A stretch of 64,000 nt of DNA, from assembly GCA_052279835.1 (NCBI GenBank), contig CP181291.1, positions 6,016,001 through 6,080,000 of the forward strand, given 5' to 3'. A model generated the notes under the pieces. That model was not told the origin of the DNA. It saw nothing but the letters and a program-made list of their open reading frames with translations, and did no database searches. Numbering within the stretch: position 1 is the first letter of the stretch; each line of letters starts with the position of its first letter. A program made the translations under genes and the position numbers. Of this stretch, positions 11,417 through 20,886 are shown one piece after another. Source of the stretch: Microcoleus sp. (lineage in GTDB: Bacteria > Cyanobacteriota > Cyanobacteriia > Cyanobacteriales > Microcoleaceae).

Positions 11417-11548
11417 ATATAAAATCCTCTCTTCATCGTCCTGTATTAAACTCTCTCTTCTCGAACTTCGCGTCCTACCCTACGGGAACCCCTGCGGGGA
11501 ACGCGCCTTCGCGGTTAAATCACCTGACGATACAACCGGAATTGATAT
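11417..11548. mobile_element. MITE (ATATAAAATCC...GGAATTGATAT family) with a nested hairpin insert at 11477-11502
   Basis: Closely similar to 28340-28473 and partly to 46920-47005. Imperfect terminal inverted repeats. Confidence 0.65.
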
Positions 11549-11580
11549 GACTTCTTCCTTCTTCCTTATTCCTTCGGCTT

Positions 11581-12409
11581 ATGATTGACAGAGAATGGTG
11601 GACCCAACAATGGCTAGATTTAATCAATACCTACCGCTTCAAAAAGCGGTTAGAAACGCGGCTGGCAATATGCGCGAGAAGGTAAAGTTCTCAGCATTAA
11701 ATTTCCTAATCAAGAAGTAATTGCCCTCGTTCAAGGTACCGATCCCAAACCCTATCAAGTTTCTTTAGGACTCGATCCACTAACAGATGAAGATTGGGAA
11801 TATGTGATTGAAAATATGTCACAAAGAGCTATTTTTTCAGCAAAATTATTAGCTGGAGAAATGCCACACAATATTGAAGATGTGTTCGCAGCGGCCGGCA
11901 AAACCCTATTTCCGTTAAGTTTGTCGGATATTCGATCGCGCTGTAGCTGTCCCGATCCCAAAAACCCTTGCAAACACATAAGTGCAGTGTACTACTTATT
12001 GGGCGATCGCTTCAGCGAAGACCCCTTCGTGCTGTTTCAAATGCGGGGTAGAACCAAAGAGCAAATCCTGACAGCACTCCGCCAAAGACGAGGTACAGAA
12101 GCCAAAGACAATACACAACTAAATTCAGGGGAAAATTCCCCAACTGAAAATGCCAAATTACCTAAAGTCGATCGCTTTTGGGAATACAACCAACAACTAG
12201 AATCATCTCTAGTAGTAATTGTACCACCACCGAGTAGCGAAACAGTGCTAGATATTTTAGGACCAATGCCCCTCGCCACTGACGGAAAAGGTACTACCAG
12301 TAAATTATCCCCTGCTTCCGATGCACTCAAGCAGCATTTTAGCAAAATCTACCAAACCGTTAGTCAGCAAGCAGTTTTCGCAGCACTAAAACGCAGTGAA
12401 GGAGATTAA
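11581..12409 (+). pseudogene. SWIM zinc-finger protein with a +1 frameshift at about 11654-11656 (pseudogene or sequencing error)
   Basis: ATG 11581 gives MIDREWWTQQWLDLINTYRFKKRLE. Removing one A gives RGWQYAREGKVLSI..., which joins the ORF carrying the SWIM motif CSCPDPKNPCKH. SNF2-SWIM adjacency is a known arrangement. Confidence 0.85.
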
Positions 12410-12779
12410 CTTTTTTTTAAATTACAAAATAAGATAACAGCTTTCGACTAATATTTTGCGTTCCCAGTAAATCTAATATTCCTAGAGCTTACCCTCCACT
12501 GAGAAACAGCGCCAATTAATATAATATTTTATACATAAAAAATTAAGTATTGACAGTGATTTAAAGAAATGCTAGCTTGTGTCCACACTTATTAAACTCA
12601 AATTCTGCACCAAATATAAATCTAATACCAGTTCTTATAAATTTGAGTTACAGATAAATAAAAGTTGCCATTGTTGTTGAGGCACTATTGTCAACAATCT
12701 GTAGCTTGAGTTGCGAGAATGAGTGTTTTGATGGTGCTAAATTCACCTAGCTAAAACTTCAAAAAATTGTCAAGTCAAT

Positions 12780-13478
12780 ATGAACACCAAAATAAAGATA
12801 GGGGTTGCGGAAGCTTTCGGCACTTTTGTATTAGTGTTAGGCGGATGTGGTAGTGCGGTGTTAGCGGGAGACAAAATCGGATTCTTAGGAGTGTCTATCG
12901 CCTTTGGTTTATCCTTGTTAATCATGGCTTATACCATCGGACCCATCTCAGGATGCCACATCAATCCAGCAGTTAGCATTGGTTTAGTAGTGGGCAAATT
13001 GATCGATGCAGTCTTGCTTCCTTATTATATAGGAGGTCAGATTTTAGGCGGAATTCTAGGTGGTCTTGTTTTATACATGATTGCATCAGGAAAACCGGGA
13101 TTTGATGCTGCCGCTTCGGGATTTGCCTCTAACGGTTTTGGCGAGCATTCTCCTACAGGTTACGGACTTTTGGCTGCGGCATTAACTGAAATTGTACTCA
13201 CGGCTTTTCTGTTATTTACCATCATGGGTACTACCCATCCCAACTATCCTGTAGGTTTGGGCGGAATCCCGATCGGCTTGATGCTGGTTTTGATTCACTT
13301 AGTGGGAATTCCTGTAACCAATACTTCGGTTAATCCAGCTAGAAGTATCGGTGTGGCACTTTTTCAAGGAGGATGGGCAATCCAACAGTTGTGGGCGTTT
13401 ATTGTATTCCCGATCGTGGGTGGAGTTATCGGCGTTTTGGCTTATAATTTGATTAAGCCTGTCCCGCAAGAAGTTTAA
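12780..13478 (+). CDS. aqpZ: Aquaporin Z
   Basis: Two NPA boxes ([18 protein letters not shown]), hydrophobic segments, [13 protein letters not shown] loop. Confidence 0.95.
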   Translation: MNTKIKIGVAEAFGTFVLVLGGCGSAVLAGDKIGFLGVSIAFGLSLLIMAYTIGPISGCHINPAVSIGLVVGKLIDAVLLPYYIGGQILGGILGGLVLYMIASGKPGFDAAASGFASNGFGEHSPTGYGLLAAALTEIVLTAFLLFTIMGTTHPNYPVGLGGIPIGLMLVLIHLVGIPVTNTSVNPARSIGVALFQGGWAIQQLWAFIVFPIVGGVIGVLAYNLIKPVPQEV

Positions 13479-13494
13479 TCAAAAATTGACTTAA

Positions 13495-13626
13495 AAATCG
13501 GGTTTCTAGAGGTGTATTGCAATCCTTGCAGAAGTAGTAAATTTTTTACCCAACCCTAACTATTCCCTTGAGTCAGGAGAGGGAGTAAGAAATTCACAAA
13601 TGAATAATTTAAGAAACCTGATTTTT
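13495..13626. repeat. Composite dispersed repeat (MITE-derived)
   Basis: AAAATCGGGTTTCT...AGAAACCTGATTTT inverted ends enclose CAATCCTTGCAG...GAGGGAGTAAGAAATTCAC, which recurs split at 28289-28505. Confidence 0.55.
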
Positions 13627-13641
13627 GGGTCGATCGTGGCT

Positions 13642-14163
13642 ATGATTGTAATTCTGATGGGAGTATCCGGTGCTGGCAAAACTACCGTGGGCAAGTTGCT
13701 GGCGGATTCACTACATTGGAAATTCAATGATGCAGATGATTTTCACTCCCAGGCAAACATAGACAAAATGAGTTTGGGTATTCCCTTAGAAGATGTCGAT
13801 CGCTTTCCTTGGCTTTTAGAACTGCAAGCTGCTATAGATAGCTGGTTAGTAGAACAGAAAAATGTAGTATTGGCTTGTTCTGCCTTAAAAGCATCTTACC
13901 GCGAAATGCTCTGCCGAGACAAGCAACAAATAAAAATATTTTATCTCAAGGCTTCTTTTGGGCTACTGGCAGAAAGGTTGAAAAATCGCGAAAATCACTA
14001 CATGAAAGCAGAGTTATTGTCAAGTCAATTGGCAACTCTGGAAGCACCTCAAGATGCAATTGTCATAGATGCCTCACAGTCTCTAGAGGTAATTGTCCAA
14101 TTCCTGATAAATAGTATAGGGACTGCGGGAGCGGGGAATCTTCTTCCTGGTAATGAAAATTGA
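13642..14163 (+). CDS. gntK: Gluconokinase (GntK/IdnK type)
   Basis: MGVSGAGKTT P-loop, DADDFH, ACSALK, SQLATLE. Start placed at MIVILMGVSG. Confidence 0.9.
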   Translation: MIVILMGVSGAGKTTVGKLLADSLHWKFNDADDFHSQANIDKMSLGIPLEDVDRFPWLLELQAAIDSWLVEQKNVVLACSALKASYREMLCRDKQQIKIFYLKASFGLLAERLKNRENHYMKAELLSSQLATLEAPQDAIVIDASQSLEVIVQFLINSIGTAGAGNLLPGNEN

Positions 14164-14168
14164 GAGAT

Positions 14169-15149
14169 TTAATAATTTTTGTACAAGTACAAGAAAGCTT
14201 CTACTTCAGCAGCGCTTGGTTGAGCAGAAATTGCACCAGGTTTCATTGCCGTCATGGCACCTACTGCACTGGCATAAGTAACCACTTTTTTGGTGACTTC
14301 TGCATCAGCTAAATTCAGAATTCCCACCTTGCACAACTGGCTGACAAAACCAGCCACAAATCCATCACCGGCACCAGTTGTATCCTCAATATCTACTTTG
14401 AAAGCGGGGATTTTTCCTTCATTCTCCGAGATACAATAGGAACAACCTTTCTCTCCCGCAGTTACTAAAACTCCTTCAGGGGAATTGAGGCGGTAGGTAA
14501 TAGCTCCAGCGTCGGTAGTTTCAAACAGCCATTGGGCTTCTTCTGCCGATAATTTCAGAAAATCAATTTTGGTGAAGAGTTTTTTAATCAGTGATTTTGC
14601 TTCCTCTGGATTCTGCCAAAACACTGGTCGCCAATTGATGTCTAGTATAATTTTTACATCATACTTTTCTGCTAGTTCAATCGCTTTTTCTATCGCCTTT
14701 CGACTATCTGGATAAGCTAATTCTAAAGTACCTAATACTAGAAAATCCGCATTTTCAAACAGCACTTCTGGTATTTGGGCCGCGATGAGGTGAGTGTCGG
14801 CAAACTCCGCAGTGTTTGCATCGCCAAAACCTGCAAAAAATCGATCGCCCATTTCATTTCGCAATACATAAACTTGTCGTGTCGGTGCTGTCGGGTGACG
14901 CTGCACTCCAGTGGTGTCAACTCCTATTTCTTGCAATACCTGCACGAGGGAGTTACCCAGTTCATCCCCACCCACAGCACCAATAAATCCTGCGCTATGC
15001 CCCAATTTAACTAAAGCACAGGCAACATTCGCCGGGGCACCTCCGGGATAGGGTGTCCAAGATTCTACCTCTTCTAGGGCAAGTCCCGATCGATCTGCGA
15101 GACAGTCAAATAAGATTTCACCCAAACACAGTACGCGAGGATAAGTCAT
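14169..15149 (-). CDS. PfkB-family carbohydrate kinase (fructokinase-like)
   Basis: GGAPANVA and DTTGAGDGF signatures. Confidence 0.93.
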   Translation of the reverse strand: MTYPRVLCLGEILFDCLADRSGLALEEVESWTPYPGGAPANVACALVKLGHSAGFIGAVGGDELGNSLVQVLQEIGVDTTGVQRHPTAPTRQVYVLRNEMGDRFFAGFGDANTAEFADTHLIAAQIPEVLFENADFLVLGTLELAYPDSRKAIEKAIELAEKYDVKIILDINWRPVFWQNPEEAKSLIKKLFTKIDFLKLSAEEAQWLFETTDAGAITYRLNSPEGVLVTAGEKGCSYCISENEGKIPAFKVDIEDTTGAGDGFVAGFVSQLCKVGILNLADAEVTKKVVTYASAVGAMTAMKPGAISAQPSAAEVEAFLYLYKNY

Positions 15150-15232
15150 AGGGATTTGAGATTTGAGACTAGGCCAGACTGGTCATTAAAAATCTCCCAT
15201 AATTCCTGGGTAACAGCTATCCCTTAGACAAA

Positions 15233-15412
15233 GCGCTTGGGCTAGCGTCGCGGGCTCAGCTTCGTCGAAGGCTTCAAGGGCACGGCGCGCCACTTGTCCG
15301 TTGTTGACTATCTTTTGGCCACAAATTTATTACACAGGAATCAAGTGCCTGTACTGACACCGGATGTTTGCACTCCGCTGGGAGGACGTGATGGTCGATC
15401 GACTGCAATTGC
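15233..15412. ncRNA. Putative structured ncRNA of about 180 nt with a 6S-like rod fold; strand uncertain
   Basis: GC-rich island in AT-rich intergenic DNA with nested pairings symmetric around about 15318: CGTC/GACG, CTCAGC/GCTGGG, CACTTG/CAAGTG. A central unpaired region lies between the stems. Confidence 0.45.
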
Positions 15413-15519
15413 TAATCTCCCGGAACGATAGCATGAAAAGATTTAATTTTTCTATTCTTAGTTGATCCTCGATCCTTTAGAATTATAGATAGGTAAATAT
15501 GCACACATAGGAAAAATTT

Positions 15520-15795
15520 ATGAGTGGGAGCGTTTCTCAGATCCCTGTCACCCTATCAGACAGAGAATTACAAGTGGTAGAATTGGTCGCGACAGGATTG
15601 ACCAATGAGAAAATAGCGGAAAAGTTAGAGATTAGCAAGCGTACAGTTGACAACCATATTAGCAATATCTTGAATAAGACGCGGGCTGATAATCGAGTTG
15701 CACTGGTGCGCTGGGCTTTGCAGTGGGGAAAAGTATGTTTAGACAATATTAACTGCTGCCCTCTACCAGGACCGATCGATAAAGAAGTATCTTAA
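15520..15795 (+). CDS. pedR: Small LuxR-type HTH regulator, PedR-like
   Basis: LSDRELQVVELVATGLTNEKIAEKLEISKRTVDNH helix-turn-helix and a C-terminal Cys cluster KVCLDNINCCPL. Confidence 0.8.
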   Translation: MSGSVSQIPVTLSDRELQVVELVATGLTNEKIAEKLEISKRTVDNHISNILNKTRADNRVALVRWALQWGKVCLDNINCCPLPGPIDKEVS

Positions 15796-15805
15796 GTAGG
15801 GCTCA

Positions 15806-16111
15806 ATGTTGGGAACAGACAAAGGAATGATGCAAACGGCACAAGAAAAACAATTACGGTATCAAATTCAATGCCCTGGATTACCACTGGCGGTGTATCG
15901 CGAAGTGGCAGCCCATTTGCGTCAAGTTGAAGGAGTGGAAACCGGTTTAATTGCACAGCAGTCGCAGCAATTTGATTACAATGACAGCCAAGTTGGGGCT
16001 TTGTGGATACAGTATCCTGAAGGGTTCGATTTTGCAGGTCGCGAGCAAGTCGATCGCATTTTGGCTTATTATGGCGATCGCTACGGAGTTTGGGAACTAT
16101 TAAGTCATTAG
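15806..16111 (+). CDS. Conserved cyanobacterial hypothetical protein downstream of pedR
   Basis: LPLAVYREVAAHLRQV...FDYNDSQVG motif; 10-nt gap after pedR suggests an operon. Confidence 0.8.
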   Translation: MLGTDKGMMQTAQEKQLRYQIQCPGLPLAVYREVAAHLRQVEGVETGLIAQQSQQFDYNDSQVGALWIQYPEGFDFAGREQVDRILAYYGDRYGVWELLSH

Positions 16112-16294
16112 TTATTAGTTATTGGTTATTAGTTATTTGTTATTGATTGTTTGTTATTCAAGTCAACAAGCAATAAATACGAACCCACAAATAACAAGCC
16201 CAAGCTGAAAAATGACGAGTAACAAATAACAAATAAAAACCCACAAATAACAACCCACAAATAACAACCAAGAAGTGACAACAGACTAACATTC

Positions 16295-17590
16295 ATGAGT
16301 GCAATTAAAACTTTACCTGGAACGCGGGATATTTTGCCCGCTGAAATTGAATATTGGCAAAACATCGAAGCAGTTGCTAGAAATATTTTAACCAAAGCCG
16401 CTTATCGAGAAATTCGGACACCTATCTTTGAACAAACATCCTTATTTGAACGCGGCATCGGTGAAGCTACTGATGTTGTGGGCAAAGAAATGTACACTTT
16501 TAAAGATAAAGGCGATCGATCGAGTACCTTGCGGCCAGAAGGTACAGCCGGAGTAGTTCGAGCTTTCATTCAAAATAGTTTGTACGCGGCGGGTGACGTC
16601 CAGCGTCTGTGGTATACTGGGCCGATGTTTCGCTACGAACGCACCCAAGAAGGAAGACAGCGGCAGTTTAATCAAATTGGCGTAGAAGTCTTGGGTAGTG
16701 CGAATCCCCGTGCAGATGTGGAGGTAATTGCGATCGCCTGCGATATCCTTCAAACCCTTGGTTTAAAAAATTTGCGCCTCGATATTAACTCTGTCGGAAA
16801 CAAGGAAGATAGACAAAATTATCGGCAAGCCTTAATCGATTATTTTACACCATACAAATCCGAATTAGATGCGGATTCCCAAGACCGTTTAACCCGGAAT
16901 CCGCTGCGGATTTTGGATAGTAAAAATGAGCGGACCCAGGAAATTGTCAAAGGCGCGCCGAGTATTTTGGACTATTTGGGCGATGAATCGCGATCGCACT
17001 TCGAGCAAGTGCAGCAAATGCTGACAAATTTAGGAATTAGCTATCAGTTAAATCCCCGATTAGTGCGCGGTTTAGATTACTATACCTATACTGCGTTTGA
17101 AATTATTTCCGACGATTTAGGTGCCCAAGCCACAGTTTGTGGAGGTGGCCGATACGATGGTTTAGTAAAGGAATTGGGCGGACCAGATACGGCGGCAGTC
17201 GGTTGGGCAATGGGTATGGAAAGGTTGATTATCCTGCTGCAAAAATTGCAACCATTACCCAAACCAAAGTTAGATTTTTATTTGGTATCTAGGGGTGAAA
17301 AAGCCGAACAACAATCGGTATTATTAGCTCAAAAACTGCGGGTTGCTGGATTTAGCGTCGAAATCGATTTGAGCGGCAGTGCTTTTGGGAAACAGTTTAA
17401 AAGAGCAGATCGCAGTGGTGCTGTTGGGTGCTTAGTTTTGGGAGATGCGGAAGCAGAAAACGAGACGGTACAATTGAAGTGGTTGGCGAGTGGAGAACAA
17501 AGTGCGATCGGCCAATCAGAACTCCTAGCAATGACAGAGGAGTTACAGCAGAAAATAGCAGTTGCATCTCTCTCACCAACTGAAAAGTAA
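16295..17590 (+). CDS. hisS: Histidine--tRNA ligase
   Basis: LRPEGTA, GPMFRYER, LVRGLDYYT, GGGRYDGL motifs and an anticodon-binding domain. Confidence 0.98.
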   Translation: MSAIKTLPGTRDILPAEIEYWQNIEAVARNILTKAAYREIRTPIFEQTSLFERGIGEATDVVGKEMYTFKDKGDRSSTLRPEGTAGVVRAFIQNSLYAAGDVQRLWYTGPMFRYERTQEGRQRQFNQIGVEVLGSANPRADVEVIAIACDILQTLGLKNLRLDINSVGNKEDRQNYRQALIDYFTPYKSELDADSQDRLTRNPLRILDSKNERTQEIVKGAPSILDYLGDESRSHFEQVQQMLTNLGISYQLNPRLVRGLDYYTYTAFEIISDDLGAQATVCGGGRYDGLVKELGGPDTAAVGWAMGMERLIILLQKLQPLPKPKLDFYLVSRGEKAEQQSVLLAQKLRVAGFSVEIDLSGSAFGKQFKRADRSGAVGCLVLGDAEAENETVQLKWLASGEQSAIGQSELLAMTEELQQKIAVASLSPTEK

Positions 17591-17615
17591 ACTCTTTGCT
17601 CATTTTTCCTCCTTA

Positions 17616-17733
17616 TTCCTCGTTACTAGGCTCTGCCTAGTAACGCAGATCCAGAGGCTCCGCCTCGTCCCTCGTTTCCTTGTTCCTCGTTACTAGGCTC
17701 TGCCTAGTAACGCAGATCCAGAGGCTCTGCCTC
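17616..17733. repeat. Two 51-bp direct copies of a palindromic repeat (CGTTACTAGGC-TCT-GCCTAGTAACG)
   Basis: Copies at 17616-17666 and 17683-17733 differ at one base. They may act as a hisS terminator. Confidence 0.85.
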
Positions 17734-17742
17734 ATACTTAAT

Positions 17743-17863
17743 GGGAGCATCCGAATTTTGCACGGGCGAAGCATTCCGGCAGATAATTTATGAGTTAAAA
17801 GCAGAGATTTACTGCCGGAATACTTCGCCCCTACGGATATATTTGTAAAAATCGGATGCTCCC
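17743..17863. mobile_element. 121-bp MITE with 8-bp target-site duplication TACTTAAT
   Basis: TIRs GGGAGCATCCGAATTTTGCA / TGTAAAAATCGGATGCTCCC (18/20). TACTTAAT at 17735-17742 and 17864-17871. Confidence 0.88.
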
Positions 17864-17948
17864 TACTTAATCGTCATTAAAATTCATCCCAAAAACCAAG
17901 AGATATAATTTAACCCTTAAAAAAATTAACATCTAATTACGAACTAAT

Positions 17949-19091
17949 ATGTTAATCGAACGTCTCAAGCCCATCGCCTGGAAAAAAAAAACCCAACTGA
18001 TTTCATTGTTTTCAGGTTGTGGCGGCATGGACTTGCCATTCCACCAAGCCGGATTTGAGGTAGTTTGGGCGATCGACTCCAATAAATACGCCTGCAAAAC
18101 ATTCAGCAGAAATATCGCCGATGTCATCGTCAATGACAGCATAGAAAATATAGACATTACCCAAGTTCCAGATGCAGACATATGTATAGGAGGATTTCCT
18201 TGTCAAGACTTTTCCATGATTTGGAAACGTCCAGGACTGGAAGGAACCAGAGGCAATTTATACACATACTTTCTCGATTTTGTCAATAAAAAAAAGCCAA
18301 AAGCTTTTGTAGCAGAAAATGTCAAAGGCTTATTAAGCGCCAATAATTATCAAGCAATCAAACAAATAATTTCCGACTTTGAAAGTATCGCTCCCGGCTA
18401 CTTAGTCAAACCCAAACTCTACAACTTTGCGGATTACGGAGTCCCCCAATTTCGCCAAAGAGTATTATTAGTTGGCATTCGGATGGATACAGGATTTAAC
18501 TTTGTACATCCTCAGCCAAAATACGGTGAAAATCGTAATTATCCCTATCGAACTGCCGGCCAAGCACTCAAAAATGTCGAAAAAGTCAAATATAATCAAG
18601 AACATCAGAAAATTCAACCACGAACCATTGAAATTTTGAGTCGCATCAAACCGGGAGGGAATTTTACTGATATTCCCAAAGATAGTCCCTACTATGTAAA
18701 AGGCATGATCAGTCACGTTTATCGGCGAATTCATCCAGATAAACCCTGTGCTACAATTATTGCTGGTGGTGGTGGTGGTACTTGGGGATATCATTATCCC
18801 GAACCCCGTTCATTGACAAATAGGGAAAGAGCAAGGTTACAAAGTTTTCCCGATAATTTTGTTTTTGAGGGTTCTATTACTGAAGTAAGAAGACAAATTG
18901 GCAATGCAGTTCCGCCCGATGGAATAGTTGAAGTTGTTGAATCACTGATTCCCTTATTTCAAGAGGATTATCAGAAAATAGATTTATACAATTTAAATAA
19001 AAAATTGCAATTAATGTCAATTAAAGAACGATTAGAACACGCAGAAGCAGAGGCTTCTCAACAGCAATTACAATTGACGGTTAATGTTTAG
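17949..19091 (+). CDS. dcm: DNA cytosine-5 methyltransferase, M.NgoFVII/M.CglI-like, apparently orphan
   Basis: FSGCGG, GFPCQDFS, ENV, QFRQR and IGNAV motifs. SMIWKRPGLEG and GGGGTWGYHYPEPR match M.NgoFVII as I recall it. Confidence 0.92.
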   Translation: MLIERLKPIAWKKKTQLISLFSGCGGMDLPFHQAGFEVVWAIDSNKYACKTFSRNIADVIVNDSIENIDITQVPDADICIGGFPCQDFSMIWKRPGLEGTRGNLYTYFLDFVNKKKPKAFVAENVKGLLSANNYQAIKQIISDFESIAPGYLVKPKLYNFADYGVPQFRQRVLLVGIRMDTGFNFVHPQPKYGENRNYPYRTAGQALKNVEKVKYNQEHQKIQPRTIEILSRIKPGGNFTDIPKDSPYYVKGMISHVYRRIHPDKPCATIIAGGGGGTWGYHYPEPRSLTNRERARLQSFPDNFVFEGSITEVRRQIGNAVPPDGIVEVVESLIPLFQEDYQKIDLYNLNKKLQLMSIKERLEHAEAEASQQQLQLTVNV

Positions 19092-19258
19092 TCAAGTGAG
19101 GTAATTGAATGTCGATACCTAGCATAACTCCTTACACTCCCTATTCTGAGGAGTAGAGAAGTCTATTTAGTTATTCCGATCAGAAATGGCTTAATTTGCG
19201 AAGGTTTCCCAGCTTTAAAAGCTTGATTATTTATATCCGTGTTGATGGATTGTCAGTT

Positions 19259-19693
19259 TTAGCATTCAAGAGCCAGGTCAATTTCTTGAACTAATTCTAA
19301 AGGAAAAAATGGTTTATAAATAGTCTTTATTACACCAAGCTTAGGAAATAGATAGCTTTCTGGTAAGTGGGTTTTTGCGGTTAATAGCACCACAGGAATG
19401 AATACGGTTATTGGATTGGATCGCAGGTATTCTAAAAAAGTCAAACCATCCATTTTAGGCATCATCATATCTAAAACGATCGCATCGGGAAGTTCCCTAC
19501 TCGCTAGATACAAAGCATCCTCCCCTGATGCGGCAGTTGAAACTTCCCAACCTCCGAATTTTTGCAAGCAGAATGCCACAACTTCCCGCATAGAATCGTC
19601 ATCATCTACAACTAAAATGCGTTTCGCAGTGCGATTAACCGTTTCCGAGTGATTGTTCTGGAGCACCTGATTTGAACAGAGCATATTGATCAT
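19259..19693 (-). CDS. Single-domain response regulator (CheY-like)
   Basis: ILVVDDD, LDMMMPKMDG, LLTAK, KPF. Start uncertain. Confidence 0.9.
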   Translation of the reverse strand: MINMLCSNQVLQNNHSETVNRTAKRILVVDDDDSMREVVAFCLQKFGGWEVSTAASGEDALYLASRELPDAIVLDMMMPKMDGLTFLEYLRSNPITVFIPVVLLTAKTHLPESYLFPKLGVIKTIYKPFFPLELVQEIDLALEC

Positions 19694-19868
19694 AGGTTTC
19701 CTCACTTTGAGTGTCAGATGGTCAACTTGATCGCCGACAGTTTCAGATTAGACGAAGAAAATGGAGAAAATATGAATTAATGCCCTGAATATGTCAAGAG
19801 ATATGAAGTAATATGAGTTTGGTGAACCTTGACTGAGGTCGATCGCCCTTTGAACCCAAATTTTCCAA

Positions 19869-20483
19869 CTAAAACCTTTTTCCTTCAGCTATACTATCAG
19901 GCACACCTACCGCAGAAATCCCGGCGATCGCCCTTAAATTCTGACACCGAATCAAAGCATTAAAATCCAACCCAGAACCTTCTATTTGCGCTACAGCCTC
20001 GATCGCCGATAGTAAATGTCTGGCGGCGTCTTCCTCGCTGTAACCGCGCCGGAGAGCTACTTTAATCGCGGTTTCGTCAGCATCTAACTCTACTTGGGAA
20101 CTCCGGTTGTCCCGCCAAATTCGAGTTACAGCGAGTCCCGTCAAACCGCCGGCGATCGCAGTGCCGATCGCATCTCCCTGCAATAATTCTACCACTGTTC
20201 CGACCAGTCCCGCCAGAGCGGCCCCTTGATAAATATCGACTTTAAACCACTGAACATTTCCCAGAAAACTGACATTCCTTAATATTAGTAAATCTCGCTG
20301 CGGCTTAGACAGCAACTTCCATAGGTCAAAATTAATATAAATTGGTCGATTGCGATTCCAAGGTAAAGGAAATTGACAGTCTATTACCTTTGATTGCTGT
20401 GGCTTATTAATGATTTTACACATCATGCGGCCAGAGGCTGGCATCACATCTAACAGGCGGCGAATTTCTGGTTCGGGATTCAT
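19869..20483 (-). CDS. DUF3318-like conserved cyanobacterial protein
   Basis: N-terminal EIRRLLDVMPASGRM and a central hydrophobic hairpin. Confidence 0.8.
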   Translation of the reverse strand: MNPEPEIRRLLDVMPASGRMMCKIINKPQQSKVIDCQFPLPWNRNRPIYINFDLWKLLSKPQRDLLILRNVSFLGNVQWFKVDIYQGAALAGLVGTVVELLQGDAIGTAIAGGLTGLAVTRIWRDNRSSQVELDADETAIKVALRRGYSEEDAARHLLSAIEAVAQIEGSGLDFNALIRCQNLRAIAGISAVGVPDSIAEGKRF

Positions 20484-20487
20484 AATT

Positions 20488-20850
20488 GAAGGAAGAGGGA
20501 ATCAGGAAGAAGGAAGAGGGAATCAGGAAGAAGGAAGAGGGAAGAGGGAAGAGGGAAGAGGGAATCAGGAAGAGGGTAGAAGGAAGAAGAACCCCCCCTG
20601 CCCCCCCCTAGGGGGGAAATTCAGGAAGAAGGAATCAGGAAGAGGGAATCAGGAAGAGGGAATCAGGAAGAGGGAAGAAGAACCCCCCCTGCCCCCCCTA
20701 GGGGGGAAATTCAGGAAGAAGGAATCAGGAAGAGGGAATCAGGAAGAGGGAAGAAGAACCCCCCCTGCCCCCCCCTAGGGGGGAAATTCAGGAAGAAGGA
20801 ATAAGTCACCCCTCCCTAGGGGGGAAATTCAGGAATCAGGAAGAAAGAGA
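20488..20850. repeat. Purine-rich heptamer array (GAAGAGG/GAATCAG) with 3-4 embedded CCCCCCCTAGGGGGG hairpins
   Basis: Direct repeats visible. A related array lies in reverse orientation at 58718-58830. Confidence 0.85.
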
Positions 20851-20886
20851 TGGGGGAGATGGGCTTGATTCCTTGTAGTTACTATA

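Noticed and set aside
17616..17733. Two-repeat mini-CRISPR
   Set aside because: Only two 51-bp units with a 16-bp gap; sizes do not fit CRISPR and there is no leader or cas gene.
20488..20850. Possible CRISPR array, and ORF 20410-20778
   Set aside because: The spacers are themselves heptamer repeats rather than unique sequences, no cas genes are present, and the ORF is just the translated repeat.
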